DNA from: Penicillus capitatus
Lineage: Eukaryota; Plantae; Chlorophyta
Direction: 5' to 3'
Length of the DNA stretch: 64,000 bases
NCBI GenBank assembly: GCA_965649825.1
Contig: OZ287699.1
Location: 620,001-684,000 of the forward strand
Both the position numbers and the translations under genes were made by a program. Position 1 is the stretch's first letter; the number at the start of each line of letters is the position of its first letter. This document shows, in pieces, positions 14,989 through 26,266 of this stretch. The notes below the pieces were generated by a model, which was given only the letters and a program-made list of their open reading frames with translations, was not told the origin of the DNA and made no database searches.

Positions 14989-16179
14989 TTATGGCAAAGG
15001 CTCTTGTACATTGCCCAATCGGTTTAAATGCAGATAGGCATCCGTTCCGTATCCTTCCATCGAAATGACTTGCAAATCCCCTCCAAAATAACGAGCGTAC
15101 AATCGACTGATAGGTAGTCCATACCCATATCCTGCCAATACAGACGGTGCCTGACTTCCATCATCTTGCGTGTCCACCAGAGGAGAGCTGGCTGTTGAGT
15201 AGAGATATGTCCAGATTTGGGGAAGACCGCTTCTCGGAATGCCACCCCCTTCGTCCGAGACTTTGATTGTCACATCTTCTGCCCCCTCTGCCACAACAAC
15301 ACGTATACTGGGTGTCGCCACCAGCAATTCTGCATATCTGTCTTGGACAGCTCTGAGAGAATTCTTGACGAGTTCAAAGACCATGTGGTGGATGTGTGAC
15401 GGGACGTAAGCAAAACTGAATTCTTCGGAACCATAGATGTCGACCTTTGGACTGGTCCCAAACTCGACACTGCACACATCACGAGCGTCAGCAATGGCAT
15501 CTCTGCACACTGAGACGGGAGAGCATCGGGTATCAATCAGTCCAATATAGTCTTCCTTAGGCAACGGCTCGTGCAAGGAAATGTGCTGGCCAATAAGAAA
15601 ACGAATTCCAATACGACTCATGTAGAATCCGTCCAGAAATCGGTGAATCTCTGGTAATTGATAGAGGCCTACCTCACTCGATAGCTGCTTCCTAAACTCA
15701 TGGATTCCTTTGGCCAAGAGAGGAACAACATTCACATGGCGATTGTAGATGTGGCGAAGGACGTCTGTAAAGCGCAGATCATCTTCAAATGTCTTTGGCT
15801 TCGGCAATCGTATTAAATCCAGCAAAGACTCCACGTACCAGTCCCTCACTATCATGATATGTTTATTGGTCGACAGACCATACGGCAGATTTTCCAGTTC
15901 CTTTGCTCGATGGGCCAGCCGCACAGGCAATTCGCGATGGAGGAATTGAGCAGAGAGCAAGAGTTGTCGGTCTATTGGGTTCTGTCCAAAGTCTAACATA
16001 TACTTCAAACTCACACCCGTCTGCTTCTTAGATGCATATTCTAGTACACCCTCTCGCGTTTCGTGTGAAAGTCCTTCGCCTGCCAAAGAGGTCGGTGTCC
16101 TCTTAAAAGGACTGCAAACGTACGTCGGTAAGCCTCGTAGGCACTTTGGCCCGAAGCGGCGCGCCCCTTGCCACAACAT
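14989..16179 (-). CDS. PDK: Mitochondrial pyruvate dehydrogenase kinase (intronless, 396 aa)
   Basis: FLHRELPVRLAHR, FYMSRIGIRFLIGQH, ELVKNSLRA, IKVSDEGGGIPRS, AGYGYGLPISRLYARYFGGDL. Confidence 0.95.
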   Translation of the reverse strand: MLWQGARRFGPKCLRGLPTYVCSPFKRTPTSLAGEGLSHETREGVLEYASKKQTGVSLKYMLDFGQNPIDRQLLLSAQFLHRELPVRLAHRAKELENLPYGLSTNKHIMIVRDWYVESLLDLIRLPKPKTFEDDLRFTDVLRHIYNRHVNVVPLLAKGIHEFRKQLSSEVGLYQLPEIHRFLDGFYMSRIGIRFLIGQHISLHEPLPKEDYIGLIDTRCSPVSVCRDAIADARDVCSVEFGTSPKVDIYGSEEFSFAYVPSHIHHMVFELVKNSLRAVQDRYAELLVATPSIRVVVAEGAEDVTIKVSDEGGGIPRSGLPQIWTYLYSTASSPLVDTQDDGSQAPSVLAGYGYGLPISRLYARYFGGDLQVISMEGYGTDAYLHLNRLGNVQEPLP

Positions 16180-16375
16180 GAAAACGAGTAAGACGGCAAG
16201 AGTGGGGAAGAAGATAACGACGGCGACGACAATAAAATATAACAGCTACAGAAGTCGATTTTGCGAATAACAGAAGAGTTGCCAGAGCATCACACCGACG
16301 CAGAGCGATAAAAAAGGATGAAGAATGCGTTCGGATGACATTTCTTATCGAGTGCGGCGCGACTGCTGTCCAGTC

Positions 16376-17713
16376 ATGACGACGACATCAGCGGCGGTGC
16401 TGTGTGTTCTCTGCTGTCTGGTGACGACGGCGGTTGGATTTTATACGGACACGAGTCCAGTGACGCTGTTAAAGGGGTCCAATTTCAAAACGCGGTTGCA
16501 GAAAGGTGGATATTGGATTGTGGAGTTCTATGCGCCCTGGTGCGGTCACTGTCAAAACCTGAAACCCGAATACGAGAAAGCGGCAAAGGCACTCGAAGGC
16601 GTTATCCATGTGGCGGCTGTAGATGCAGATTCGGAGAAGGGCTTGGCTCAGGAGTACAAGGTGCAGGGGTTTCCTACCATTAAACTGTTCTATCTATCAT
16701 CTAAAGGCAATCTCGCACATGCTGAGTACAAAGGCGGCCGTACAGCGAGTGATTTGATCAAATGGTCCATGGAACAAGTGACAAAACTGGCACTGAAGAG
16801 CATCGGTGTGAAGGGCGAGAAGAAACAGAAGGCATCTTCTGGCAATGCTGGATCTGGATTTTACGGAGAATCATCGGACGTTGTGAATCTGGGTGCCGCA
16901 GATTTCGATGAAAAGGTTCGAGGATCTGCAGATCTGTGGTTGGTGGAGTTCTATGCTCCCTGGTGCGGTCATTGCAAAAACCTGAAGCCCGAATGGGAAC
17001 AGGCAGCGACGAAGCTGAAAGGGAAGGTGCACGTGGGCGCCGTGGACTGTACGTCGCACGAATCGCTCTGCGGACAGTTCGGCGTTCAAGGCTTTCCGAC
17101 GATAAAGTTCTTCGGAACGCAAAAACAGGAACCCGAGGATTACAGTGGTGGCAGAGATGCTGCATCCATCGTTGCCTTTGCCACGACAAAGTGGTCGAAG
17201 ATGGCTCCTCCCCCGGAAGTGGTGGAACTGACGGAGACGTTCGTGTTAGAAAAGCACTGCACGGGGTCCGATGACGATCATGTTCCCAAACAGCTCTGTC
17301 TCATTGTCTTTCTCCCACACATCCTCGACAGTCGGGCCGAGGGACGCAAGGCCTATCTCAAGATTCTGCAAAAGGTGTCAGAGAATTACAAAGAGATGTC
17401 GTATGGGTATCTATGGGCAGAGGGAGGAAAGCAGAAAAGGGTGGAAGAAACCTTTGGAATTGGAGGGTTTGGATATCCGGCCGCTCTACTCTACAGTCCA
17501 AGGAAGAACGCTTACTCTGTTTTGAAAGCAGGACTGGATTACAAACACTGTGTCGAGTTCATCGACAGCCTAAGACACGGATTCGAGAAAGTGACTCAGA
17601 TAGATGGACCATTAGCGGACGCGGAGACAACCATCCCGTGGGATGGAAAAGACGCAACAGAAGAGCTGAAAGACGAATTCGACCTAGAAGACATAATGAA
17701 CGAAGAACTCTGA
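16376..17713 (+). CDS. PDIA6: Protein disulfide isomerase, PDIA6/PDIL2 type (a-a'-b), ER
   Basis: Signal peptide, two WCGHC thioredoxin motifs, C-terminal DEFDLEDIMNEEL. Confidence 0.93.
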   Translation: MTTTSAAVLCVLCCLVTTAVGFYTDTSPVTLLKGSNFKTRLQKGGYWIVEFYAPWCGHCQNLKPEYEKAAKALEGVIHVAAVDADSEKGLAQEYKVQGFPTIKLFYLSSKGNLAHAEYKGGRTASDLIKWSMEQVTKLALKSIGVKGEKKQKASSGNAGSGFYGESSDVVNLGAADFDEKVRGSADLWLVEFYAPWCGHCKNLKPEWEQAATKLKGKVHVGAVDCTSHESLCGQFGVQGFPTIKFFGTQKQEPEDYSGGRDAASIVAFATTKWSKMAPPPEVVELTETFVLEKHCTGSDDDHVPKQLCLIVFLPHILDSRAEGRKAYLKILQKVSENYKEMSYGYLWAEGGKQKRVEETFGIGGFGYPAALLYSPRKNAYSVLKAGLDYKHCVEFIDSLRHGFEKVTQIDGPLADAETTIPWDGKDATEELKDEFDLEDIMNEEL

Positions 17714-17810
17714 GATCTACAGGCAGTAGATATAATATCCCGATTTAAGCCCTTGGACTGGGATAGTGCTGTTGACAATGGTGATGATGATGACATCTTA
17801 AACTTTTGAA
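16898..17810 (+). repeat. Left copy of a ~0.91-kb direct duplication (PDI 3' half plus ~100 nt of 3' UTR)
   Basis: Matches 42046-42961 apart from 2 synonymous substitutions, a 2-nt UTR change and a 3-nt GAT indel seen by eye. Confidence 0.95.
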
Positions 17811-18209
17811 GTTCCGCAAACAAACAACTCATAGCTGCAACGTTGTCGCGCTGCGAACCACTGTATCTCTTAAGATAAAGGTTGTTTTTCTAGCGCCTGC
17901 TTAGAGCATGCTATTCATCGAGGAAGCCGTCAAATTCGGGACTCTTGACTAAACAAGGCCCTTCCACAACCTACAACTTGTACCTTTCCATCGCCTCTTC
18001 CGTTCTCTCGATAAGTTTCGAATATCAGCTATAGTCCAACAACGGTTATCGTAGAGATAAAAATTCTTAAATCCAGGAGGGGCGTCGCCAGAGGCATGTT
18101 GCCCTGGTTCTCCTGGTGACTGTCGTACATGGGCTTTTATTCAAATTGTTCTTTGGAATATTGTCGGAGAAAAGAACTCGATCTCCTGGTCACTTAACTC
18201 AGTCTACCC

Positions 18210-19082
18210 TTAGATGTAAACGTTTTCGTTCTGATCTTCTTGGTGCACCTTCCTTCTTAAACAACGACAATGAACAGGATAGTCGATCATGGTTACTTCT
18301 CCCTTCGCACTTGCCTCTGAGATGCTCGTGATTGCGTTATCCTCGAACTGTTGCTCTCTGATCTGTGCGATTTCGTTCTTCTTGACTTCGATAGCATGCT
18401 CGAAGCACCGATTCAAAGCATCGGAGAACCGATTTGCTCACGACGGCCGATATCTCTTTGTCGAATACATTTCCGCAACCCGTTATCAACCAGTCGAACA
18501 GGCTGACGACTTATATCGAATATCGCATGATTCGCTATGAGCATCTGATCGATGCGAGCACAAGCTGCCTCGGAATCCGTCTAGGCCGTGATACCTCGTC
18601 CGATCGTTAGTTTCGTCGTTAACTCTAGAGACCAACAGAAAGCTCTCAATTCTCACAGCCCACGTGATTACAAGTACATCGATCGGCAGCTTTCCACTGC
18701 CAATACAAAACCGCACATGGGATCACCGGCCCACACAATACATAACTATCGTGTTGGCATTGGGCTCAGCTTCGCGCAGCTGACCAAGGAGAGGCGCGTA
18801 GACGTGTTAGTCTGTTCGACGCGACGCGTAAGTTCGTTCTGAGTCCATTTAATCTGGACCAAAAAGGTGTTTTAATACGATAAGCCTTCGTCGTCGTTCG
18901 CGTATTCGCACATCCGAAAGACGTGTACACCATAATAATCTTGCCTTTTGTTCGACCAATGGATCGTGATTTGAAAGGAAATCTTCGCCATCGTTTGCCG
19001 TTAAGCGAGAGAAAGTCGTTCTTATCGAAGCTTCGTCATTTCTACTTGCAAAAAGCATAAAGTGATCTTCAAACTTGGACAC
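18210..19082 (-). CDS. Possible spliced hypothetical gene, unassigned
   Basis: Protein-like stretches (LFDWLITGCGNVFDKEISAV; HAIEVKKNEIAQIREQQFED) separated by GT-AG-like gaps; no family recognised and boundaries uncertain. Confidence 0.25.
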
Positions 19083-19099
19083 GTATCGCGTAACATATT

Positions 19100-21300
19100 G
19101 GCGACCGCAAGGAGGTTACAAATCTGCGTGATGGATACCGTTTCTGGCGAGCGATCGATCTGATTTGCCACGAACGTCGATAAACGAAAACCTCCAGCCA
19201 AATGTCATCTCTGATATCCATCAGTCACTTGTTTGACAGATGAACATTGCAGCATGCTGCACTTCAGGCGCGTAGATCGCTTCCGCTGGCATCGGGCCAC
19301 ACGATCGAGCTCGATAATCTGCATAAATACGTAGCTGGTATACTAAAATGATGATCAATTCTCGATGGAAGTTCGATCGTCGGTCGCGTTCGACGAATCG
19401 ATCTAATATGTATCGTAATCGGATGATCGAAGATTAGCGCAGCTGTCTTCGTGTGCATATGAACGCAAAGAAAGAAACGATCCTTATACTTTCGACAGAT
19501 TGATTGTTGCTGCGTTGCGTTGATCGATCTCGTGTTTGCGACGTGATTTATCGATGTAGAAAGCAAGCAAAGCAATAACAGCTTTTGCATCTTCGTCAAT
19601 TGACTTACGTGTCGGATCAAACTAGAATGGGAATCAGAGTAGAGATCTCGACGACAACATCTGATAGCCGAGGAGCGGCGAAACAAGCGACTAAAACACA
19701 GAAGTTCATGATTGTATGGACTGTCCATCGATCGATGAATTGAAAAGATTGGTTGATCGAAGACAAGATACGATGCGATCTCTCATCTGCGATGTGATTG
19801 AGCGGGCGATGAACGATGATTATGTAACGTGTGCAGCGATTGTCCGACGTATCGATCGATTCTTTACGGCGATCGATTCGAAGTGATAACAGGAAAGCTT
19901 GTTAGTACGTGTAGAAGGCGTATGTCGACCGAGGGAGACAGGGTCACATCATGATCTTAAACGGAGACGCGTGTCTGATCCTAGAGAAGATCTTTTGTCT
20001 TTGACTCTCGAACAACGTTCCTTGTAATACGACCGTTTTCATCGACGATACTTAGGAAACAACAGTGCGATCAAGTTTTAATGCTGCCGCTTACGACGTA
20101 TGGATATGAATTGCTAATCGCGATCTGAACAACATATCAACTCGCCTTTTAAGGACAAGTCTCGGCCGGTAAATGTCGTCATCGAGAACAATCCGTACGC
20201 AGTGTAATGAGCGACAACATGTTTCTCACTATAAAAAGCACACGATGAGCTTTCTTTAAGCTTCGAATCAATCGTTGTCTATGATCGTATCGTATCGGAT
20301 CGATATTTCTACATCCAATGACTTCATTAATGACTGCGAATAGATACCATATCGATCGTTTTTCTACGCGTCAGTTTCCTTGCCTTTCGCGAGATCTCTC
20401 CGATCACGTCGATCAACTACATATCAACTCGTTATGTATGTTGTATTCTTGTCACGAGTTGGACTCGAGAGTTAGATAACGTGGCCTTCTGTGGTTTAGC
20501 CAAATCGCCGACTTTGTTTAGCAGAGTCTAGTTACTCGCCGACTGCGATTATTCGGAGAGAGATCGTCCGAACTGTTCGTGTAGAACAGTAATCGATCGA
20601 AAAACAAGTATCGATTTCACAACTGCATGCAATGCATCTCACCGAACCTTATGACTTTTGATAACCATTACAAATTGTAGATCGATCTGCGATGTTACGA
20701 TTGCATCGCGTTGATCGTCTCGAATAGAGTACGAACATCAAGCTCTAGTCAGCATTTCGATCGTCGATATCTGCTAGCGTCGATCGTGAACCATTCGCAT
20801 CACGCTTTTGATCGACAAACAAAGCTAAACGATCAGGAATCGGTATCTGATTATCACTAAGTCAACTGTCGTACAAATCGGATTGATGGTTCTATCTTCA
20901 ATGAGGTTGTTTCTCCACTAAGTGCAATGACGTATTTGATGACGTCGGATCGCGCATGATCGAATTAGTTGGCAGGACAAAAGAACACTAGTTTACGCTC
21001 GATTCAATCGAAAACGGGATGAATCGATTCTGTGCTGATCGAAATCGATCGCTAGTTGACAAACAGATAGAAATCGATCGTAAGCGTACCAAAGATTCGA
21101 GATCAAATCCATCGACCTCGAAACGCGGCTGTTAACCCGTGCCCATCCCATTTGCAGCATCGCGGTTCGAGTTATTCGTTGCTCGACGGTGTTGGGAATG
21201 TAAGCAACGTCTGATACGATTTGGATGATGTGATTTCAACGTCGAATTAGGATGCTACGAACACTATGGATTACAGACGAGGCAAATTTCATACAGGGGA
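19100..21300. other. Non-coding tract rich in GATC/TCGA/CGATCG
   Basis: Only one ORF of 60 aa or more in 2.2 kb; dense gatcgatc-type words. Confidence 0.5.
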
Positions 21301-22139
21301 CGCGTTTAAGTATCCAGTCGTTGACGTGACCCGGAAGGGGACAGCTGTCCAGATAGTACGACAGCGAAGCTAACAGCTGTCCCTTGACATACGAAGATGT
21401 TAATTGTTGAACATTTGATTGTTTATTTTATATTCCGATGTTCTTCTTTCTTCGCGCACTGTTCCCCCTCGGTGGATTGCACTGCGGCAAAAAAATGCAT
21501 CTTCGGTGATTCTACCTGGCCCGAAGACCTACTGCCTAAGCGAATACATTGAGTTAGATATGGCCCAATGTAAGAGACGCCTTGCGGCCAGTGGCTCTGG
21601 GACTTCAGGCGCTGTGGAGATAGAGCAAAGAACAGAAGAAACGGTGCCCCGGACCTTGTGCAGTGTTCTTGATGTACTTGGATCGACAGGACTGATCGGA
21701 GAGGCTTTCTTTTGTAGACAATTTCCTCTATCTTCGTAAAGAATCTGTGCATGACATTTGTAGTTATGGAATGCGTCACTTGATTGAGGCACAACCGTCT
21801 ATCGAGAAGCTACTTTCTCAAGAGTATCTCTTATCCATGCGAATGCAAGAGATCGTGCTCTAATTCAGATCTATCGGGTTTGGCAATGCGTCGCGAGATC
21901 TTTTGCTTTCTTGGTGGAACTAGGTTTTTTTTTCTGAGGCATATCTCTGGAGCTACCAGACATTCTTCAAGTGAAACGCCACGTAAACACTCGTGTCGGC
22001 CTAATGAGGTCTGAAGATGATTGCAATTAAGGGATTTTATGCTTCACTGTGGATGATTATCCGAATTTAGACTCTCGCATCACCCTTCATTACGTTCATA
22101 TGCTTCTCCGGCCCTGGCGCGAGCGCGAGTCCTACAGCC

Positions 22140-22153
22140 TGGTTTCGGAGCGT
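22140..22153 (+). other. Orphan copy of the retrotransposon PBS motif TGGTTTCGGAGCGT
   Basis: 14/14 identical to the outer element PBS region, opposite orientation. Confidence 0.6.
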
Positions 22154-24443
22154 AGTTTACCCTCTTCATGTCCACTGCGGCAAGCGAGTGCGAGCGCCGG
22201 CCCAGATGAGAGATTAGCCGGAGACATCAAACCTGGTCGATTACGAGATGTGATTGGAAGCTCAGATTAAGCGTCGTCACAGACGTTCTAGTCGTTACGC
22301 TGGCTACCGTGTACAATGATGACGTGATCATCGGCGGAGAAATTCTGTCTGTACATGCTGCAACGTAGATGAAAGTCCTTGATCAGTTTAGACAAAGCAG
22401 AATTCAGATGAGTCGCTCGATGCGACCACATAGGCAGAATTTTGATTTATTCATGCCGTGGTGTCTGTGGTGGTATTTCGAGATTCGATTATGATGAGTT
22501 TGCGCTCTATCGAGCGTTCGAAGTTTGCACGGGAGCATGTGGGCGAATGGGTATTCGGTCAGTCATGACGTAACATCTGCCGCCCTACAAACGGGCGCAT
22601 GACATGTTTAATCATTCCGCTTCGCGCTTCCTGCGTAGACGCGCTGCGCGTCCGCCTCCGATCTCCGGCCTTGCTCGCGCCATCCCGTCCGCTGACGCCC
22701 CTTGGGTCTTCAACGTCACATCACGAATCTCCGCATAGATGAAGCAAACCTCAAAGAGACGGTTGATTCTGACACCTGTCCTTTTCCCTGTATTCGGCGG
22801 GTTGACGCAGCAAGCAGACCATTCCCATCTCCACCCGACATCAAACCCCTTGCGTTCACGCTCCATGTCGACGACGATCTTTCTAGACCGTAAGCGCAAA
22901 GAAAAGAAAAGAGGAAGAGAACGGCAGATAGCACAAGAAACATGTTAAAGAGAGCTGGCTGCGTTTAGAACGCCGTGCTGCTTAGAACATCAAATACGAC
23001 AAAAGCGTCAAAGATGCGATCGCTCAGCAAGATAACAACGATACCGTCACACAAGCTGTATACTTCGAGTGCGGTTCGATCGCGCCATGCTGTTTCTGTG
23101 CGCCTCGCGATTTTTTCGGCATCGATCACTCCTCTCAGCCTTCTCACGCAACCGACGCCAGTCGTCTTGCACAGCATCTGTCCATCCGGCCGAGCGCCGA
23201 ATAGGACTTCTGCCGGTGTCGCGCGCAAGCTAGCGAAGATCTATAAAACAACAAAATAACACCACTAAATTCTGCTCATTATACAAGAAACAAACGAACG
23301 AACATCAGCAGCGTTTCAGGGTAACAGTCTCTGATACTGCCGTAGTGTAAAGCAGTAGCCTAACGTGGCAGTCTGTGCACGTCCCGTGAAGGTAATGATG
23401 TCGCCACTGTCCTCATCAGGCTGACGAAAAGATTACCTAGTTCATACACCAAGTCTAAAGAAATGTGGAAACCAATCGACCAGAGTTTTCACATCGAGGA
23501 CCTATAGAGCAATGATCAGGAATCAAGGATTGATGACCACTTTTGCTGACGGCATTAAGAACAGCGAACAAAATCGAACGACATCTTGCAGAAAGAACTT
23601 CATGGCAGAGGCCCCCGACTAAGTGGCATGATCTTGAAACTGGCAGAGAGTATATTTCCTTAATCAGGTGAGATAGAGTGTTTTTTCGTGCCGACATGAC
23701 CTAAAAAAGCAGTGTGGGATGCAGAGGATGCTGTAGAGAGCGTCTTCAATGCGCAAGAAATTGTTGGCGCAAATGGCGACTTCTGTCGCAGCTGATCGAG
23801 TTCGAGATGGATCCGCAGGTGGTGTTTGGACGATTGCTCGATCTGTGACGCGAAATGATTATCGACGTCGTTGCAGCTCTCCATTTCAAACATTTACCAA
23901 TGCACCGTCTCGCATCACTGGAAGCTGAAGGACGCAGTTTTGCGCTTCATTATTCATGGACTCATGTTGACACGTCGATGGGTCACCGGCAAGAGAGTCG
24001 CATCTCTTATTAGGAGGTTGTACTTCACGTCCGATGACGAAAGCGATACTTGGCAGAAAACACAGCCACCATTTTCAAGCGACGCCGAAGAACATTCCCC
24101 TGACGAGACGGAAGAGGAAGATCTCTCCTTTTTTCAGGGGGGCTCGAGCTATGGTCGTCCTCTTCTATTCTCTCTTTAAGCACCAAATTCGACTTGCATT
24201 TAGAAACACCGCTCCGTGGGAACTCCAAGGAGGACCCTCTAAACATCGAGGACGTCGATGTCCCGTGGGTAGATGACTGGTATCGTACGCGCCAAGGATC
24301 CGCTCGAATTCATCTCTTGGGTCGCAAAACACAACTCTCAGTCGATCAAGTCCAGCGTAATGAACGATTGCAGAGATGAATGATGCACCACCTCTCACTT
24401 TCGAGCGGTTTTTGATGTAGGTCGAATTTCGAAGCTGCTTTCC

Positions 24444-24944
24444 GTGGCTCCTGGTCTGCAAAAATTCATGCCATTGTTGCATCCCGCACTTTTTTCATAC
24501 ATCCTCGGGAATTTTTCTCACAGCCTTGAGATCACGACCATGCTGAAATCGGAATTGCCTGCCATTGACTTGGGCATTGTCATATCTGGATTTCCCCGAG
24601 TTCTCACGTGGGGTATGATATCGCGTTTTTACCGTCGCCAAACGAACGGTGGTGTTTTAGATAAGAAACAGCTCTACGACTGTATGTGCTTCTTGGTTGT
24701 GCATTACAAAGGACGACTGGGCGCCGCCGAGGCATTAAACGCACATCCCTTGCGTTTCAAATTTACTCGTCAACTTTTGCCGGAGCTTTTTGTCGATCAG
24801 CAAAAAATTGAAGATGAAGAACGATATTCCAAGCCACCGCGCGTCTTTGGGCGCCTCTATCAGTTCAACAAGCATCTGAAAAGAAAGAACCCTCCACGGA
24901 GCACGATTATCTTCTTTGAAAATAGTCCAAGGCTGAGAGAATGA
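24444..24944 (+). CDS. Hypothetical protein, possibly the last exon of a spliced gene
   Basis: 166-aa ORF with protein-like composition; no family recognised. Confidence 0.3.
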   Translation: MAPGLQKFMPLLHPALFSYILGNFSHSLEITTMLKSELPAIDLGIVISGFPRVLTWGMISRFYRRQTNGGVLDKKQLYDCMCFLVVHYKGRLGAAEALNAHPLRFKFTRQLLPELFVDQQKIEDEERYSKPPRVFGRLYQFNKHLKRKNPPRSTIIFFENSPRLRE

Positions 24945-26122
24945 CAAGAATTTATTGCTCGACTTCACAGCCACATTATGGCCCATCGCCTTTGTTATTG
25001 AGTCTTGTGAAACAGAAACGAAATCAAAGAATTCAATGGCACATAGACCTTGCGGTTTTCATATTATCACACCGATCGCTCTATAACGCGTCAGTTCCAA
25101 TAACGTCCTCAGTTCGAAGTTGTTTAGAATCGGACGGTACATGCGCTGCCAGTGACTCTTCGAGGGAAATGTCTTAGACACACAGAGTCACACTTCGACT
25201 GTATAATGATGCAGAGTCTCCGAGACATCTCTCTCGCCTCGCCAGATTCGTAGCAGGAATATTCGTTCCGTTGACCATTCGACAGAAAGTTGCTCTGTTC
25301 CTTAGCTCATGCGATCCTCGCGAAATCGTCACGGATAGCGCTACACGTGCTATAGGCTGTTGAACTACAACCGACGTTGCATTTGACAGTTCTGTCTACA
25401 GATCCGTCGCACATTCGCGTTTTGAATCTGCATCTGCTTTTTCTGCGGAAGTTATTGCACCTGAAGATGACCGCACGTGAGGATTCTCCTACGAAGACTG
25501 TACCGTCCTAGGCAGAAAATAAGTTCTGCAAAATAACCTGTCGGCGCGTCGTACAACCTAGGATGTCTTCGCCGGTTGCATGGACGTTTTTTCTTAACCA
25601 TGCAGTTCTGCGAACCCGGCGGCTTTGTCGTCTAAACACAAGTGACTTCGAAAATACCTTTGTCAATCCTGCTTTCCAATACGAGTTTTTCCCTGTGCTT
25701 ACATCACATATCTCTTACATCGTGACTGGTTCGCCATGGCACTAGATACTGTTGTCGATACTAATTTGCTTTGTGTTTTGTAGCTTTTCAGACATCAGCC
25801 CGAGGGAAATGTTGGGTTTGGACGCACCGAGGGCGTTTCGGAACCTCATGGCGAACCACAGGGAACGACTGTTGTTGGGTCATCCGGGACCCAATAACAA
25901 GACAAGAGGAGATGAGTTTCACAGCAGCACCCATCAAACGAGCCTGATCCATCTATTAAACAATTTGGACAGGCTTGTCCTATAAATCGTGCAAAGCGCA
26001 ATGCCCTTTCTATCCAGAGAAGAGAAGATCTTGTTTTTAACATCGATATCAATGTCGATGTCGACGAAGAGGTAAGCATTAACATAGTCACACACATTAA
26101 CTAATTTCTTCAAGGTTTGTAT

Positions 26123-26266
26123 TGTGATCCCATCGCGATGAATTGTATTAAAAAACGAGGTTTGCAGCGTTTTGTTAAAAAGGGCGTTATTCACAGAATC
26201 TAGGATCTTTTGTATGAACAGGTCATTTCATCGTATCAATCAAATCACTGGATCCTCGGCTTGACA
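26123..26266 (-). repeat. 3' LTR of outer element
   Basis: Identical to 35564-35707. Confidence 0.97.

Noticed and set aside
22100-22230. tRNA gene complementary to the PBS
   Set aside because: No cloverleaf, D-loop or TPsiC motif on either strand around the motif.
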